This document shows positions 21,795 to 33,300 of a stretch of 64,000 bases of DNA, in pieces. Position 1 is the stretch's first letter. Every line of letters begins with the position of its first letter. This DNA is from an uncultured bacterium (GTDB lineage Bacteria > Babelota > Babeliae > Babelales > Babelaceae), in assembly GCA_963722385.1 (NCBI GenBank), contig CAVRKK010000002.1, positions 960,001 through 1,024,000 of the forward strand. The letters are read 5' to 3'. The notes below the pieces were generated by a model, which saw only the letters and a program-made list of their open reading frames with translations, was not told the origin of the DNA and ran no database searches. The translations under genes and the position numbers were made by a program.

Positions 21795-23902
21795 ATCAGA
21801 TAAATTACTTTCTTTAGGTTCATCAGTAATTAAGTTATCATGAGTATTTACATTATTTGCCGCTAATATAACATTAATTGAAGTAGTCTCTGCTTGTTCT
21901 ATGTTTGATTCTTCAAGTTCATCGCCCTCTTTTGGGAGGGCTTCTTTATGAACACTGCGTATTTCAGGCGTGGATGCTCTAGGTAGATCCTGATGGTGAA
22001 TCAGCGATTCTTCCTGCTCGCTTCTGCTTTCTATATCTGCTTGTTCTTCATTAATGACTGGCGTATCAGAACTTGAAGCTGCAGCTCTGTTGTACTCCTG
22101 GAAATTGCCAATAGATTCGGTAAGCCATGTAATAATATAATCATGACCATTGCGGTGAGCTATGCTAGCAGCTGTTTGACCATCAGTAGTTTGTGCGTTA
22201 ATATTTGCTCCATGATCGACAAGCCACCGAATGGCACTTAATTGCTCTGTGTGAGCAGCCCAATGTATTGGCTGTTGGCCATCATTATCTTGAGAATCAA
22301 TATGAGCACCCAGATCGACAAGCAGCTGTAATATAAGCGGATTGCCTCCTTCTGCAGCAAGATGTATGGGCTCAATTCCTCGATTTGTCCGAGCATTAAT
22401 TGAGGCTCCCCGTTCAATGAGCAATTGTACTATGAAGAGATTTCCAGAACGCGATGCCAAGTGGAGAAGCTCAATATCACCATGAGCCCGAGCACGTATC
22501 TTTGCGCCCCATGCCACAAGCAGCTCCACCATCTCGAGGCTCCCTCCGCGAGCAGTCCAGTGGATAACCTGTTGGCCATATTCATCAGGGGCGTGAATAT
22601 CTGCGCCATTCTCAAGTAACCATTTTGCAATTTCTAAAAAGCCATAATGCGCTGCTATATGTAATGGCTGTGCCCCTTCAGCATCGCGTGAATGTATGGA
22701 AGCCCCATGTTCGATGAGCCATTGAATAGTTTCTTGGTGCCCACCATGGGTAGCGCAATGGATCGCCTCGTTGCCAAGAGTATCCGACAAATCGATGGGT
22801 ATGCCATTTTCAATCAACCGTTGTAAAATATCCATCCTACCATGTTTTGCGGCCCATAAAGAGTTTCTTCGGTGATTATCCCGAACCGCGATACCACTTT
22901 CTTGGGCAAAATCTCTTTCTCGTTGAGCATTGCCGAGCGTACTATTCTCTTGGTTTTTCTCGGTATTGCTCATTTGTGCTTGCGCTGCGATAGACTTTAG
23001 AGTGGCTTGTTTATTTTCATCGCGCGCGTCGAGATGAGCACCCTTTTGGATAAGCCATCTGACAATATGAGCATGCTTCCTAAGTGCAGCAACACGAATG
23101 GGTTGATTATGAGCTCCATCGCGTGCATTGATATCTGCACTGTGCTCAACAAGCCATATAAGCGCACCAAGCAGTCCATTATGACAAACATGATGAATCG
23201 GCTGGTTGTTGTGACGTCACGATGATTAATATCTGCGCCTTGGTTACGAAGCATCTGTGCTTGAGCCAAATCATTGACGAGCAACGCATTGAGGAATTTT
23301 TGGTCTAGCTCTTCTTGAGTTGGTGAACTTGATGCCTGCTGCTGATTACTGTCCGATGGGCTTACTAGTTCTCCTCGAGGAGCCTGATCAAGGTGCTCAA
23401 CAGTTAAAAAATCTGGGCCAGATAAAACGAGGAATTCAAAATCTTCAGCTAAACCATCTAATGCGATGGTATTCACAACATTACCTCTTGTATGAGCTTC
23501 TAAAGCAATCTGGGGATGGGCGACCGCTCCTGCAGAGGTCAAAGCTTGAATGATCTCTTGCGACCCTGCTTGTATTGCTAGATCTAAAGGCAGATGCCCA
23601 TTGGCATCTGCTATTGGTGCATTTACGTTAGCACCGGCGGCTATAAGAACATTGATAACCGCAGGATCGCCACGAGTTACAGCATGATGAATGGGCTGCC
23701 AACCTTGATTATCTTTGATAGCTAAATTAAGTTGCCTGATCAATTGTCGGTAATCGAGAAAGTTCTTCAAGGCGGTAACATGGCCACATTTGATGTGTTT
23801 GAACAGCTTATGGCCTTTAGGTTTTGGTGGCTCCATACAATAAGCAGGTGCTATGGTAAGTAAGGTAGTTGCTAGAATAATAATTTGAAGGTTCTTTAAC
23901 AT
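21795..23902 (-). pseudogene. Ankyrin-repeat gene, tandem paralog of 17249..19663, frameshifted near 23215 and IS-interrupted
   Basis: Colinear with the paralog; CATCGTGACG-TCACAAC lacks 1 nt versus CATCGTGACACTCACGAC; split into ORFs 22997..23902 and 21777..22973. Confidence 0.88.
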
Positions 23903-23966
23903 TCTTGTCTCCGTAAACGGGCATGCTTAAGGTTTGCCGTCAAGCATACCAACGTTTTCTGAGAAA

Positions 23967-24914
23967 TCAATGCAGAGGGACTCTTTTTCCAGTTGCCTCA
24001 TACACGAAACCTATTTCGTTCAAAATTATGCCCGGCTTTAATTTGCCACCTGGTCCGACCACAGCCGGCTTAATAAATAGCCAGGAAGTTCTATGGCCAT
24101 TTTTGAAAATAAAAGTGGGAAGGCCACCCCCGCCAGCGCGAATGTGAATCCCATGCTTATTTATAATTTTTACCAAATCGTTATCGAGGATAAACTTCTT
24201 GAAGTCTGGAAATCGAGGAAAGAATTTTGATGACCTGATATCAATAACCTCAACCTCATTATAAATGATGAGCTCTTCTGATAATTTTTGGCTGTCGACA
24301 TGAGCAATGGCAGAGTCAGTTGACTCGACTATTGATGAAAATGCTGCTTGTGCGTCATTAAGCTGTTTTACCGGCTGAGCAATCGGAGGTATTGGGGCAG
24401 AAATTGATCCCGAATTTGTAAGTACCTCTAAAGCTCTTTGACGGTTGAGCTTGCGAGCTAAGTCTCTTGGCTGTTCCCCATAATTGTTTTTGGCAGCGAG
24501 ATCAGCACCCTTGCTTTGAAGCCATTTGATGGCTTCTTCGTTCTGCAGGATAACGGCAAGGTGAAGGGCGCGGTCACCGTAAAAATCCTGAGCATCAATA
24601 TGAGCGCCACGATCAAGGAGCAATTGAGCTCTTACGAGATTGCCCTCGTAGATAGCTTCAAGAAACTCTTGGTTTAACTGATATTGGGTGTCGCCCGCTA
24701 TCTTTTGATAGACAGCCCACAAAAGCCATTCGATATGGTTGCGTGGAACTTGAATGCCAAGACCCGCCACATTGGCGCTAATGGCTTTATCTTTCACCTC
24801 AAGCTTGAAGAGCTTTTTGTACCATATTTTATAAAAAGGCTCGTTATTGTCATCACCTCTAAGTGATTGACCATTTATTGCTGCACATAAAAATATTATT
24901 GCCAATATGCGCAT
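23967..24914 (-). CDS. Exported ankyrin-repeat protein with unknown C-terminal domain
   Basis: Signal MRILAIIFLCAA after SD AGAGG; GDRALHLAV, GADLAAKNNYGEQP. Confidence 0.8.
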   Translation of the reverse strand: MRILAIIFLCAAINGQSLRGDDNNEPFYKIWYKKLFKLEVKDKAISANVAGLGIQVPRNHIEWLLWAVYQKIAGDTQYQLNQEFLEAIYEGNLVRAQLLLDRGAHIDAQDFYGDRALHLAVILQNEEAIKWLQSKGADLAAKNNYGEQPRDLARKLNRQRALEVLTNSGSISAPIPPIAQPVKQLNDAQAAFSSIVESTDSAIAHVDSQKLSEELIIYNEVEVIDIRSSKFFPRFPDFKKFILDNDLVKIINKHGIHIRAGGGGLPTFIFKNGHRTSWLFIKPAVVGPGGKLKPGIILNEIGFVYEATGKRVPLH

Positions 24915-24945
24915 TGTTTTTATACCTCTTGTAAATATTTTTAAA

Positions 24946-25446
24946 CTATTCGTTGCCGAGCAAATGATTTTCTTGAAGCGCCTGGATAAGAATAGGGTCA
25001 TTAGAGGCTATGTCGATAGGACGTTGGCCTAGATCATCATGTGCTTCGGCATCGGCTCCATATCTCATGAGCAGCTTGATAAGACCTGCCTGTTTTTGAG
25101 CTACCGCCCAGTGAAGTGGCCGTAATCCAGCCATGCCACGTGCATTACTATCAGCACCATATTCTAAAGCCAGTCGAGCACGTTTGTAGTCACATGAGCG
25201 GATGGCATCAAAAAGATTTTGGTCACGTTGAGCCCAAGCTTGATAGAACGGGTAGATATAATAGCCAAAACCGGCAAGAGTACCAATAACGGTAGCCGAG
25301 ATAAACATTATTTTTTTGTTGCTTATCTGAGCGCCATGTGCTGGTTGGTGTTGAGCGCCTTGCGAGGTTAAGAATCCAGCGAACAGAAAGGATATAAAAG
25401 CTGTTTTGATAGTTGGTAAAATAAAAATTTGAAGCCCCTTTAATAT
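24946..25446 (-). CDS. Small ankyrin-repeat protein; homologous start codon reads ATA at 25446, first ATG at 25308
   Basis: GLRPLHWAV, GADAEAHDDLGQRP; open frame upstream gives (M)LKGLQIFIL like paralog MLKILQILIL. Confidence 0.72.
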   Translation of the reverse strand: MLKGLQIFILPTIKTAFISFLFAGFLTSQGAQHQPAHGAQISNKKIMFISATVIGTLAGFGYYIYPFYQAWAQRDQNLFDAIRSCDYKRARLALEYGADSNARGMAGLRPLHWAVAQKQAGLIKLLMRYGADAEAHDDLGQRPIDIASNDPILIQALQENHLLGNE

Positions 25447-25530
25447 TTTTGTCTCTCTAATGCCCGAGTTTAGTTACTATTGACAGAAAGCATAGCAATG
25501 TTTGCGAGGAGCATCAATCTCTTTTTTTAT

Positions 25531-27189
25531 TTAAAAAGTTTGGGTGAGTGCTACCCAGAAAAGGCCAGCGCCTGGCTCTAAAACGTTAGCGTGAGACCCT
25601 GAAGCGAATGCCTTGGAATAACCGATGTTCAATGATCCTGGAGACTCGCGCAGCGTGAAATCGTACCGATAATAAGCATAGAGTTTATGCTGTACAGCTG
25701 GCTGCTGTAGATGATGAAGCCTTAGTCGCATAGTATGGTCTCGGGGAGAGGTGAGCTCAAAAAGAAAATCTTCCGCTTCATAATGCTGCGCTATATTGAA
25801 CGTAGGATTATAGCCAAATTCAATGTGGTGCTGGTTGTTATCGCCAAGTTGATTATCAAGACCGAGGAGTATATCGATGAAGCTTCCAGGATGTGATGTG
25901 AGGCTGTTATCGGATATAAAGTGCCCATCTTGTTTACGTGAGTTTATTTTAATAGTGTTGTTGAAAAAATGTAACCAGCGCACGTTGGTTATTAAGTCAT
26001 GATTCGTACAATCAGTTTGTTTAAGATTCGTAGATGTATAGCATTCTAGGCCTGCAACCAAATGGGGCAAATCAACGAGAGGCTCTTTTTTCGTCAATTC
26101 TTGTTCTAGCTCTTTTCTAATGCGGTTAAATGAGCCACCAACCAGCCCTCTTAGGGTAAAAGTAACGGGCCCCCATTGTTGGCATCTTCCTACTGCTATC
26201 AAAAAATCTCTAAAATCGAACGAAGAATAGGATAATTTAAGTCGACGGTCCTCAAAGAAATTTACCTGAATGCTTGATAGAAGGCTCATAACATCAATCT
26301 GCCAAGGTCCGAGACCAAGATATGACCGAAAGATAACGCCGGCCTCAAATTTATTGAGCCGTTTACCAAATGCGGTTTGGTTGGCTTGAATAAAGGGGAT
26401 ATAAGAACCAACAAATTGAACCCATTGGTCTTCACGTAGGTTTGGTATCAACGCTTGCTCGAGTCCTAGGTTATAGATAGGTGAATCAATAGTTCGAGAT
26501 AGAATAAAGCAGTCAACGAGGTCCTCAGCGCGTGGCGAATGAAAGCTCGATGATTTTCTCTCAAAGAAATCGTCGCTAAAATCGTCAAAGAAATCATCGT
26601 CTTGAAAAGATTCCGACGATGATTTCTTTTCATCATTCGCTTCGCCGCGGTTCGCATCTGTTTTGGCTGTGTACCAATCCGATGTTTTTTGATTCTCAGA
26701 AGTTTTAGGTGGCTCACAAGAACAATAAAGCTCTTCGAATAGTGAATCTTCGAGACACGTGCCCGGCCATTTGGTAGCAAAACAGGTGCAGGTTTGGTTT
26801 TTAGAAGTGCAGCCATCACGTTTTGCCTGCTCCCTCATCAAGTTTTTAATTTTGTAAATCTGCTCATAAATCTCTTCATAGAGGTCTTTTTGCGAATTCT
26901 CGGAATATTTATTATTGCTATAACTTGTGTACGTAAAATCTTCTTTTTTTGTTTCTTGTTTCACGCGTTGTTGATTTATTTCATCGCACGCATTATTAAT
27001 GTCGAGATAAGCTCTGAGGATTTTACCGTTGTTCTTGTCGGGGTGGTAGCGACCCCGCAGGGCCCGGCACCGCTTTTCAATTTCTTTAGACGTTGCATGG
27101 CGACCAATGCCTAAAAAGGTATAAGGGTCTGTCATGGTACGAGTATTGAATGTAAAAATGAAGCACAGCAGAAAAAATCTTTTGTTCAT
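25531..27189 (-). CDS. Signal peptide + J-domain + putative C-terminal beta-barrel protein
   Basis: DPYTFLGI...YHPDKN J-domain; HHIEFGYNPTF shared with 7777 ORF; terminal WVALTQTF. Confidence 0.8.
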   Translation of the reverse strand: MNKRFFLLCFIFTFNTRTMTDPYTFLGIGRHATSKEIEKRCRALRGRYHPDKNNGKILRAYLDINNACDEINQQRVKQETKKEDFTYTSYSNNKYSENSQKDLYEEIYEQIYKIKNLMREQAKRDGCTSKNQTCTCFATKWPGTCLEDSLFEELYCSCEPPKTSENQKTSDWYTAKTDANRGEANDEKKSSSESFQDDDFFDDFSDDFFERKSSSFHSPRAEDLVDCFILSRTIDSPIYNLGLEQALIPNLREDQWVQFVGSYIPFIQANQTAFGKRLNKFEAGVIFRSYLGLGPWQIDVMSLLSSIQVNFFEDRRLKLSYSSFDFRDFLIAVGRCQQWGPVTFTLRGLVGGSFNRIRKELEQELTKKEPLVDLPHLVAGLECYTSTNLKQTDCTNHDLITNVRWLHFFNNTIKINSRKQDGHFISDNSLTSHPGSFIDILLGLDNQLGDNNQHHIEFGYNPTFNIAQHYEAEDFLFELTSPRDHTMRLRLHHLQQPAVQHKLYAYYRYDFTLRESPGSLNIGYSKAFASGSHANVLEPGAGLFWVALTQTF

Positions 27190-27571
27190 AAAAAACCAGT
27201 TAAGTGTAAGAAATTTGATTTAATTATACATAAAGATAATAAAATTGGAAGGCCCCGATTTATGACAAAACTTAAAAAATAGAAAAAATATAATTTATAT
27301 TTGTTGCCGAAGATTGCCGCATTGGTAAAAGATTATATAAAAAACATGTTATTATTATTTATCAATCCTTTTATATTTTACATACATTGCACGTCAATTA
27401 CTCCATCTATTCTTTCTTAGAGCTGCTCTCAATCCCCTATCGCTATTTTTGGGCTTAAACTCGCCCTTGCTTTGTTCGCTCAATTGATATAATGTGGGCT
27501 CCGGGTAGTGGCAATTTTTGAGAATATTAGTTAAACATCTTGTACAAGATTTACTCATTCAAGGAAGATCT

Positions 27572-28501
27572 ATGAAGAAGAACACATTAAGAGCAAGAAT
27601 TTCTATGCTCCACCTGATGTTACTTATAATGGCATCACCATGCGCTGCCAATGCAAACACAGGCTATAATCTCTATGAGGACAGTTACCTAAGGGAACTC
27701 ATATGTGATCCTCGCGGACTTATAGCTGATGATCCAAATTATAGAGATTATCTAGCAAGACTTCTTGATAGTCAGGAGTGCGAGCAGCCGACAATATTTA
27801 CTAAATTAGAAATATGGTTAGGTAAAATATGTACACTTGATATATTTGCAAGGAGTAAGACCGGCAAGGAGCTTCTCCACTTTGCAGCAGAATGTAATCC
27901 TGGCATAATACCGCTGCTCCTTACCAAGGGCGCTCATGTTAACGTAAGTGATAATGATGGCAATCAGCCTCTTCATATTGCAGCACATCATAACCATGGG
28001 AAAGCATCAACAGACCTTATCTGTGCAGGAGCCGATGTAAAAGCCAAAAATGAGAGGGGCGATACACCGCTGCATATTGCAGTGCGTGATCTTGATAAGA
28101 GATCAGTAGTTTTAAAGCTTTTGCGATTCATCCTACAATATGACGGCTATAAAGAAGCAAAAGAAGTAATAATAAAGCAGCTTGTTCTTGCCGGCGCCTT
28201 TATGATGGCGGAGAACAGCAATGGAGAGACTCCAATTACTATAGTTAAGGACCAGGATTATCAAGATCTCGCCCAGTGGATGGAAAAAAATAAGACATGG
28301 CAAGAGACGGCGAAGCAAAAGATATGGCCTATAATCCTTACGGGCCTTGGGAGCTTAGCACCCTTTCTCGGGCGCCACCTCATCGAGGACCTAATTTGCC
28401 CTCAACCCAAAAAGTCTTTCTTATGTTCAATTTCTGGCTGGAGTTGCCCGCTAGAATCATCATTAGCTTGCAAAGTTTTGAAGCCCTTAGTAGCCAAGTA
28501 A
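27572..28501 (+). CDS. Exported ankyrin-repeat protein with C-terminal hydrophobic and Cys-containing tail
   Basis: GNQPLHIAA, GDTPLHIAV. Confidence 0.85.
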   Translation: MKKNTLRARISMLHLMLLIMASPCAANANTGYNLYEDSYLRELICDPRGLIADDPNYRDYLARLLDSQECEQPTIFTKLEIWLGKICTLDIFARSKTGKELLHFAAECNPGIIPLLLTKGAHVNVSDNDGNQPLHIAAHHNHGKASTDLICAGADVKAKNERGDTPLHIAVRDLDKRSVVLKLLRFILQYDGYKEAKEVIIKQLVLAGAFMMAENSNGETPITIVKDQDYQDLAQWMEKNKTWQETAKQKIWPIILTGLGSLAPFLGRHLIEDLICPQPKKSFLCSISGWSCPLESSLACKVLKPLVAK

Positions 28502-28978
28502 TCGCAGCTAAATCACCGCGTTAAACATGGCCAGAATGCCCCCCCACGAGTTGAAGATGATCATGAGCGAGGCAATACGCTAGAAGGCAAACTGGTCAGA
28601 AAGCTGCCCGGGCCAACATATATATCAGGGATAGCGGATCGCTTGGTTTTGCTTGAGCATCAAGAAGCATCGATTCAAGCGTATTTATATGTTTTATACC
28701 AATTCGGAATCAAAGGCTTCTTTGACAGCATCGAGTGAAGTAACTCTCTATTATGAAAATAGCGTCCACAAATATGTTCCCAGTTCTTATGATAATAGTG
28801 AAGTGTTTCTTGCATTGTATCCGGGGACAATAAGATTTCGTCCATCTGATCAAACTTATGCATTCGCATAATGTTAATATAGCGAGATTCTTTAAGTGAT
28901 GCACGAATATGGCATTATAGCTTTGTGCTGAGATCAAAATGCTCGGCATAGTGAGCATGGCCTAATGCATTACGCTAT

Positions 28979-29014
28979 AAAAAGTCCTGGATCAGTTTTT
29001 TGCTGATCCAGGAC
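28979..29014 (-). terminator. Intrinsic terminator downstream of 29042..30097
   Basis: 12-bp stem GTCCTGGATCAG/CTGATCCAGGAC followed by a T run on the minus strand. Confidence 0.8.
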
Positions 29015-29041
29015 CTATCGAAGTGATGTACTTAAGAGAGA

Positions 29042-30097
29042 TTACTTACTAAAAAGTGCTTCAAAAAAGTCCAGAACCCATGGACGTGGTTCTTGCTTAT
29101 TCGAGTCTTCAAGATATTCTTTAGTATCTTCATCCAATGCAAGCTTCAAAGACGCTTTTTCACTGCTTGCGCCTAAATGAATCTGAGCGTGTTGCTTAGC
29201 TTGATTGAGGGTCTTTTCAAGCATGCTTTTGAGTAGCTTGAGGTCCGTTGATTCTCCATATGCCCAGCGCACCATTCCTTGCAGATAACCTTCTGAATGT
29301 TCATACGCTTGGCATTTCCTTATAAGGTAATAGAGAAGCGAATGAGTCGGCGTCGTATAGCCGTGTTCGCCTTGTCCGTCGGCGATCGAAAAGAAGCCTG
29401 GAGAGATTGTATCATGCTCCAGTGCCGCTAAAAGTTCATCAAGTGCGTCACGGGCTTGTTGTACTGAAACTTCTTGATCATCCGAAAAGTACCTTCTCAA
29501 GATCTGAATAGCAGTATCCCTATCTTGCCTGATCTGCAGTTCGCTTGAAAGAGCAGCGTAAAAGCGAGCGGGAGCATGATCGAGAGGGGCAGGAGCTAAA
29601 TCCTGCTGGCCTGTCTGTGGAGGCATAGGTTGTTGATTCCATTGGGTCGGCGCACTGGGGCTCTGATACGTAGGGTAGTTCTGATTATTAGTTTGCGGTT
29701 CCCAAGGTGTAGCAGGAGTTTGCTGGCTGAAATAAGGGCTACCTTGGCCATACCCCTGCCCATAGGTATTCTGACCTTGGTATTGCAGTTGGCCTGTTTG
29801 TGGAGGCATAGCTTGTTGATTCCATTGGCTCGGCGTAGTGAAGCCCTGATAGGGAGGATAATTCTGACTGCCAGTTGGCGGTGGTCCCCAGTGGGGAGCG
29901 GGGGGCTGTAGGCCAGGGTAAGGGCTTACATTTTGCCCTTGCTGAAAGTATCTTTGCCCATAGGTATTCTGTAAACTTTGGTCAGGATGTTGCCAACCTC
30001 CTCCGTAATACGGATCTCCCATGCCGTAAGCATTGAAGGCTCCGTTAAGGCTCGCCAGAGCCAAAGCGGCAAGAAGGGCGTTAACGCGTAAAAACAT
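29042..30097 (-). CDS. Exported protein with Q/P/G/Y-rich duplicated N-terminal region and helical C-terminal domain
   Basis: Signal AYG-MGDP; two copies of QNTYGQ...QNYP...QWNQQxMPPQTGQ. Confidence 0.8.
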   Translation of the reverse strand: MFLRVNALLAALALASLNGAFNAYGMGDPYYGGGWQHPDQSLQNTYGQRYFQQGQNVSPYPGLQPPAPHWGPPPTGSQNYPPYQGFTTPSQWNQQAMPPQTGQLQYQGQNTYGQGYGQGSPYFSQQTPATPWEPQTNNQNYPTYQSPSAPTQWNQQPMPPQTGQQDLAPAPLDHAPARFYAALSSELQIRQDRDTAIQILRRYFSDDQEVSVQQARDALDELLAALEHDTISPGFFSIADGQGEHGYTTPTHSLLYYLIRKCQAYEHSEGYLQGMVRWAYGESTDLKLLKSMLEKTLNQAKQHAQIHLGASSEKASLKLALDEDTKEYLEDSNKQEPRPWVLDFFEALFSK

Positions 30098-30392
30098 ATA
30101 ATGCTCCTATAAAATATAATCAAGTATCATGCTCTAAGAGTAAACGATTTTTTTCACTTTGTCACTATATATCAACAATAATACTATTTTATGGCATTTG
30201 TGGTTTTGTAAACAAAATCGACCCCTTGAGATTTCCGCAAAGCAGAAATTCAGATTATTTTTCTCGATTTTTATCGAATTAAAGAAATTTGATTGATTAC
30301 AAAATTCATGTTATTGTTCCTCAAGATAATAAAGAAATCCTGAAAATTTTGGTATTGTAATATTTTTTGATAAAAGTTAATCGGAGAGAAAA

Positions 30393-33300
30393 ATGGAGTT
30401 TAAAAATTATCTTAAAGCAGTTAGTTGTTTGATAGCTTTTCTTTTCGCTAAGCAGACGATGTCCGTTGATCTATGTAGGTTAGTAGGGGAAAGTTATGCG
30501 TCACCTGCTGGGCTCTTTCCTCAGTCAGTGGCTTTCTCTCCAGATGGTTCTTATGTTGCTACTGCTAACGGGGGCTCAAGTAATGTGACACTATTTACTG
30601 TTGGAGCAGGAGGAGCTTTATCAAACGGTACCTCTTATATCTTACCTTCTGGCTCTAGCTATCCTATGTCAGTGGCTTTTTCGCCTGATGGTTCATATCT
30701 AGCCACCGCTAATAGTAATTCAAATAATATAACGGTATTTCAGGTAGAAGCAGGCGGGGTATTAAGTACAAGTACATTGTATGAGCTACCCGTAGGTTCT
30801 GTTGGTCCTAGTTCAGTAGCTTTCTCACCTGATGGTCTATGCTTAGCAACTGCTAATAATTCGGATGTCACTATTTTTAGTGTAGGAGCAGATGGAGCGT
30901 TATCAGGAGCAATCTCGTATCCATTGCCATCAGGTTCTTTTGATTCTCAGTCAATGGCGTTTGCTCCTAATGGTTTATATCTTGCTATCGCCAATTATTC
31001 AAATGATGTAACTATATTCCAAGTAGGGATAGGAGGCAGTCTTTCAAACGCTGTTTCTTATGCTTTGCCGAGCGGCTCTCTATGGCCTACCTCAGTAGCA
31101 TTTTCACCTAATGGCTCATATCTTGCTACTGCTAACTATAATTCAAGTGATGTAGCGATATTTCAAGTGGGGGCTGGAGGAGTATTAAGTGGGGGAACTC
31201 CATATGCTTTGCCAAGTGGTTCTACCTACCCTTATTCAGTCGCCTTTTCACCAAATAGCTCATATCTTGTTACTGCTGATGAAATTTCCAATAACCTAAC
31301 ACTATTTCAGGTAGGCGCAGGAGGAGTACTTAGTGGAGCGACCTCCTTTGCACTACCAAATGGTTCACGTCAACCTTATTCAGTAGCATTTTCACCTAAT
31401 GGCTCATATCTTGCTACTGCTAATTTTGGCTCAAATGATGTAGCAATGTTTCAGGTAGGTGTAGGAGGCGTATTGTCGGGTAGCATATCATACGCGTTAC
31501 CTTCAGGTGTTAGTGGTACTCAATCAGTAGCATTTTCCCCAAATGGTTCATATCTTGCTACTGCTAACTATGGCTCAGGTGATGTAACGATATTTCAAGT
31601 AGGAGCAGGAGGTGTGTTGAGTTCAGGAACATCGTATGCATTACCTACGGGATCAAGCCCAAATTCAATAGCATTTTCCCCCGATGGCTCCTATCTTGCT
31701 ACTGCTAATTTCGAGTCGGTAGGGTCAGGAGATGTAGTCGTATTTCAAGTAGGGGCGGGAGGCATATTAAGTGGAGGAACAGCGTATGGTTTGGCTTCGG
31801 GTTCTTTCGCTCCTTATTCAGTATCTTTTTCACCAAATGGCTTATATCTAGCCACCGCTAATGAAGGCTCAAGTGATGTAACGGTATTTCAGGTAGGAGC
31901 CGGCGGCGTCCTAAGCGGAGCGACATCATATGCGTTACCGTCAGGTTCTGGCAACCCCTACTCAATAGCCTTCTCACCCAATGGTTCATATGTAGTCACT
32001 GCTAATTATGGATCAAATGATGTAACGATATTTCAGGTAGGAGCTGGTGGCGTGTTGTCAGGAGCGACCTCGTATACATTGCCAAGCGGTTCTACGGTGC
32101 CTGAATCAGTAGCGTTTTCACCAAATAGCTCTTATTTAGCCACCGCTAATTGGGGCTCAAATGATATCACCATATTCCAGGTAGGAACAGGAGGAATATT
32201 AAGTGCAGCTACATCATATGCAATACCGCGTGGCTCTGGTGATCCTAATTCAGTAGCATTCTCACCTAATGGAATATATCTTGCATGCACTAATTCTGGT
32301 CTTGCTCGTGGAACAGTAGCGTTATTTAATATAGAAGCTGGTGGAAAGTTAGTAAATAGCGCATCGTACGCCTTTCCAGGGAGCTATGCCTATCCTATTT
32401 CACTTGCATTTTCACCAGATAGTAAATATATTGCAACTGCTAATTCTAACCCCTATATAGTAACCGTCTTTAAATGCGGGAGTTTTGAAAGTCCGCTGAG
32501 GTCAGTTTCATTGCCTTACGGTTCTCAGGCACCTAATGCGCTTGCCTTCTCAAATAACGGTTTCTATTTAGCAACAGCAAACTCCCTCTCAAGCGATGTA
32601 ACACTGTTTGGGATCAATAGTACAGCTACATTATTACCTGGAGTATCGTATTCGCTTCCTACGGGTTCGTCAACTCCGATGGGAATAACATTTTCATCAA
32701 ATAGTAGTTACTTAGCAACGGCAAACAGTAACTCAAATGATGTAACCCTATTCCAGGTGAAAGTAGGCCAGTTAACGGCAGGAAGTTCGTATACATTACC
32801 TATAGGCTCTACATTACCGGTAGCGGTAGCATTTTCTTCAAATGATGCATATTTAGCAACCGCTAACAGTAAATCAAATGATGTAACCCTTTTCAACATA
32901 AATGCAGGAATTTTGCAAAATCCTCTCTCTTATTCATTAGGAAATGCAACACAACCAGTAGCGTTAACATTTACGCCTGATAATAACTTTTTGGCCACAG
33001 CAAATGCTCAATCATATGATGTTATTCTTTTTCAAGTAGTCAACGGTATATTAAAGTATAGTAGCTCAAAGCCATTACCAAAAGAATCAACGGTGCCCTC
33101 TTCTATTACTTCTTTCTTAGATAGTAAAGGAGATACAATAGTGATGACAACAAATAGTGGCTCAGATGATATTTCACTCTTTCTGATTACTGGCAATATT
33201 TTGTCAGATGGTCAATCACGCCAAATACCACAAGGAAATGCGCAGCCGAGCACGATTGCTCTCTCTCAAGATGCGTCATATATAGCAACATCAAATAGTG

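Noticed and set aside
28500..28960. Three overlapping short ORFs
   Set aside because: No recognisable motif or RBS; may be decayed DNA, cannot support a call
30500..33000. CRISPR-like or DGR-like periodic repeats
   Set aside because: Repeats are in-frame protein repeats varying at synonymous sites; no spacers, cas genes or reverse transcriptase in the window
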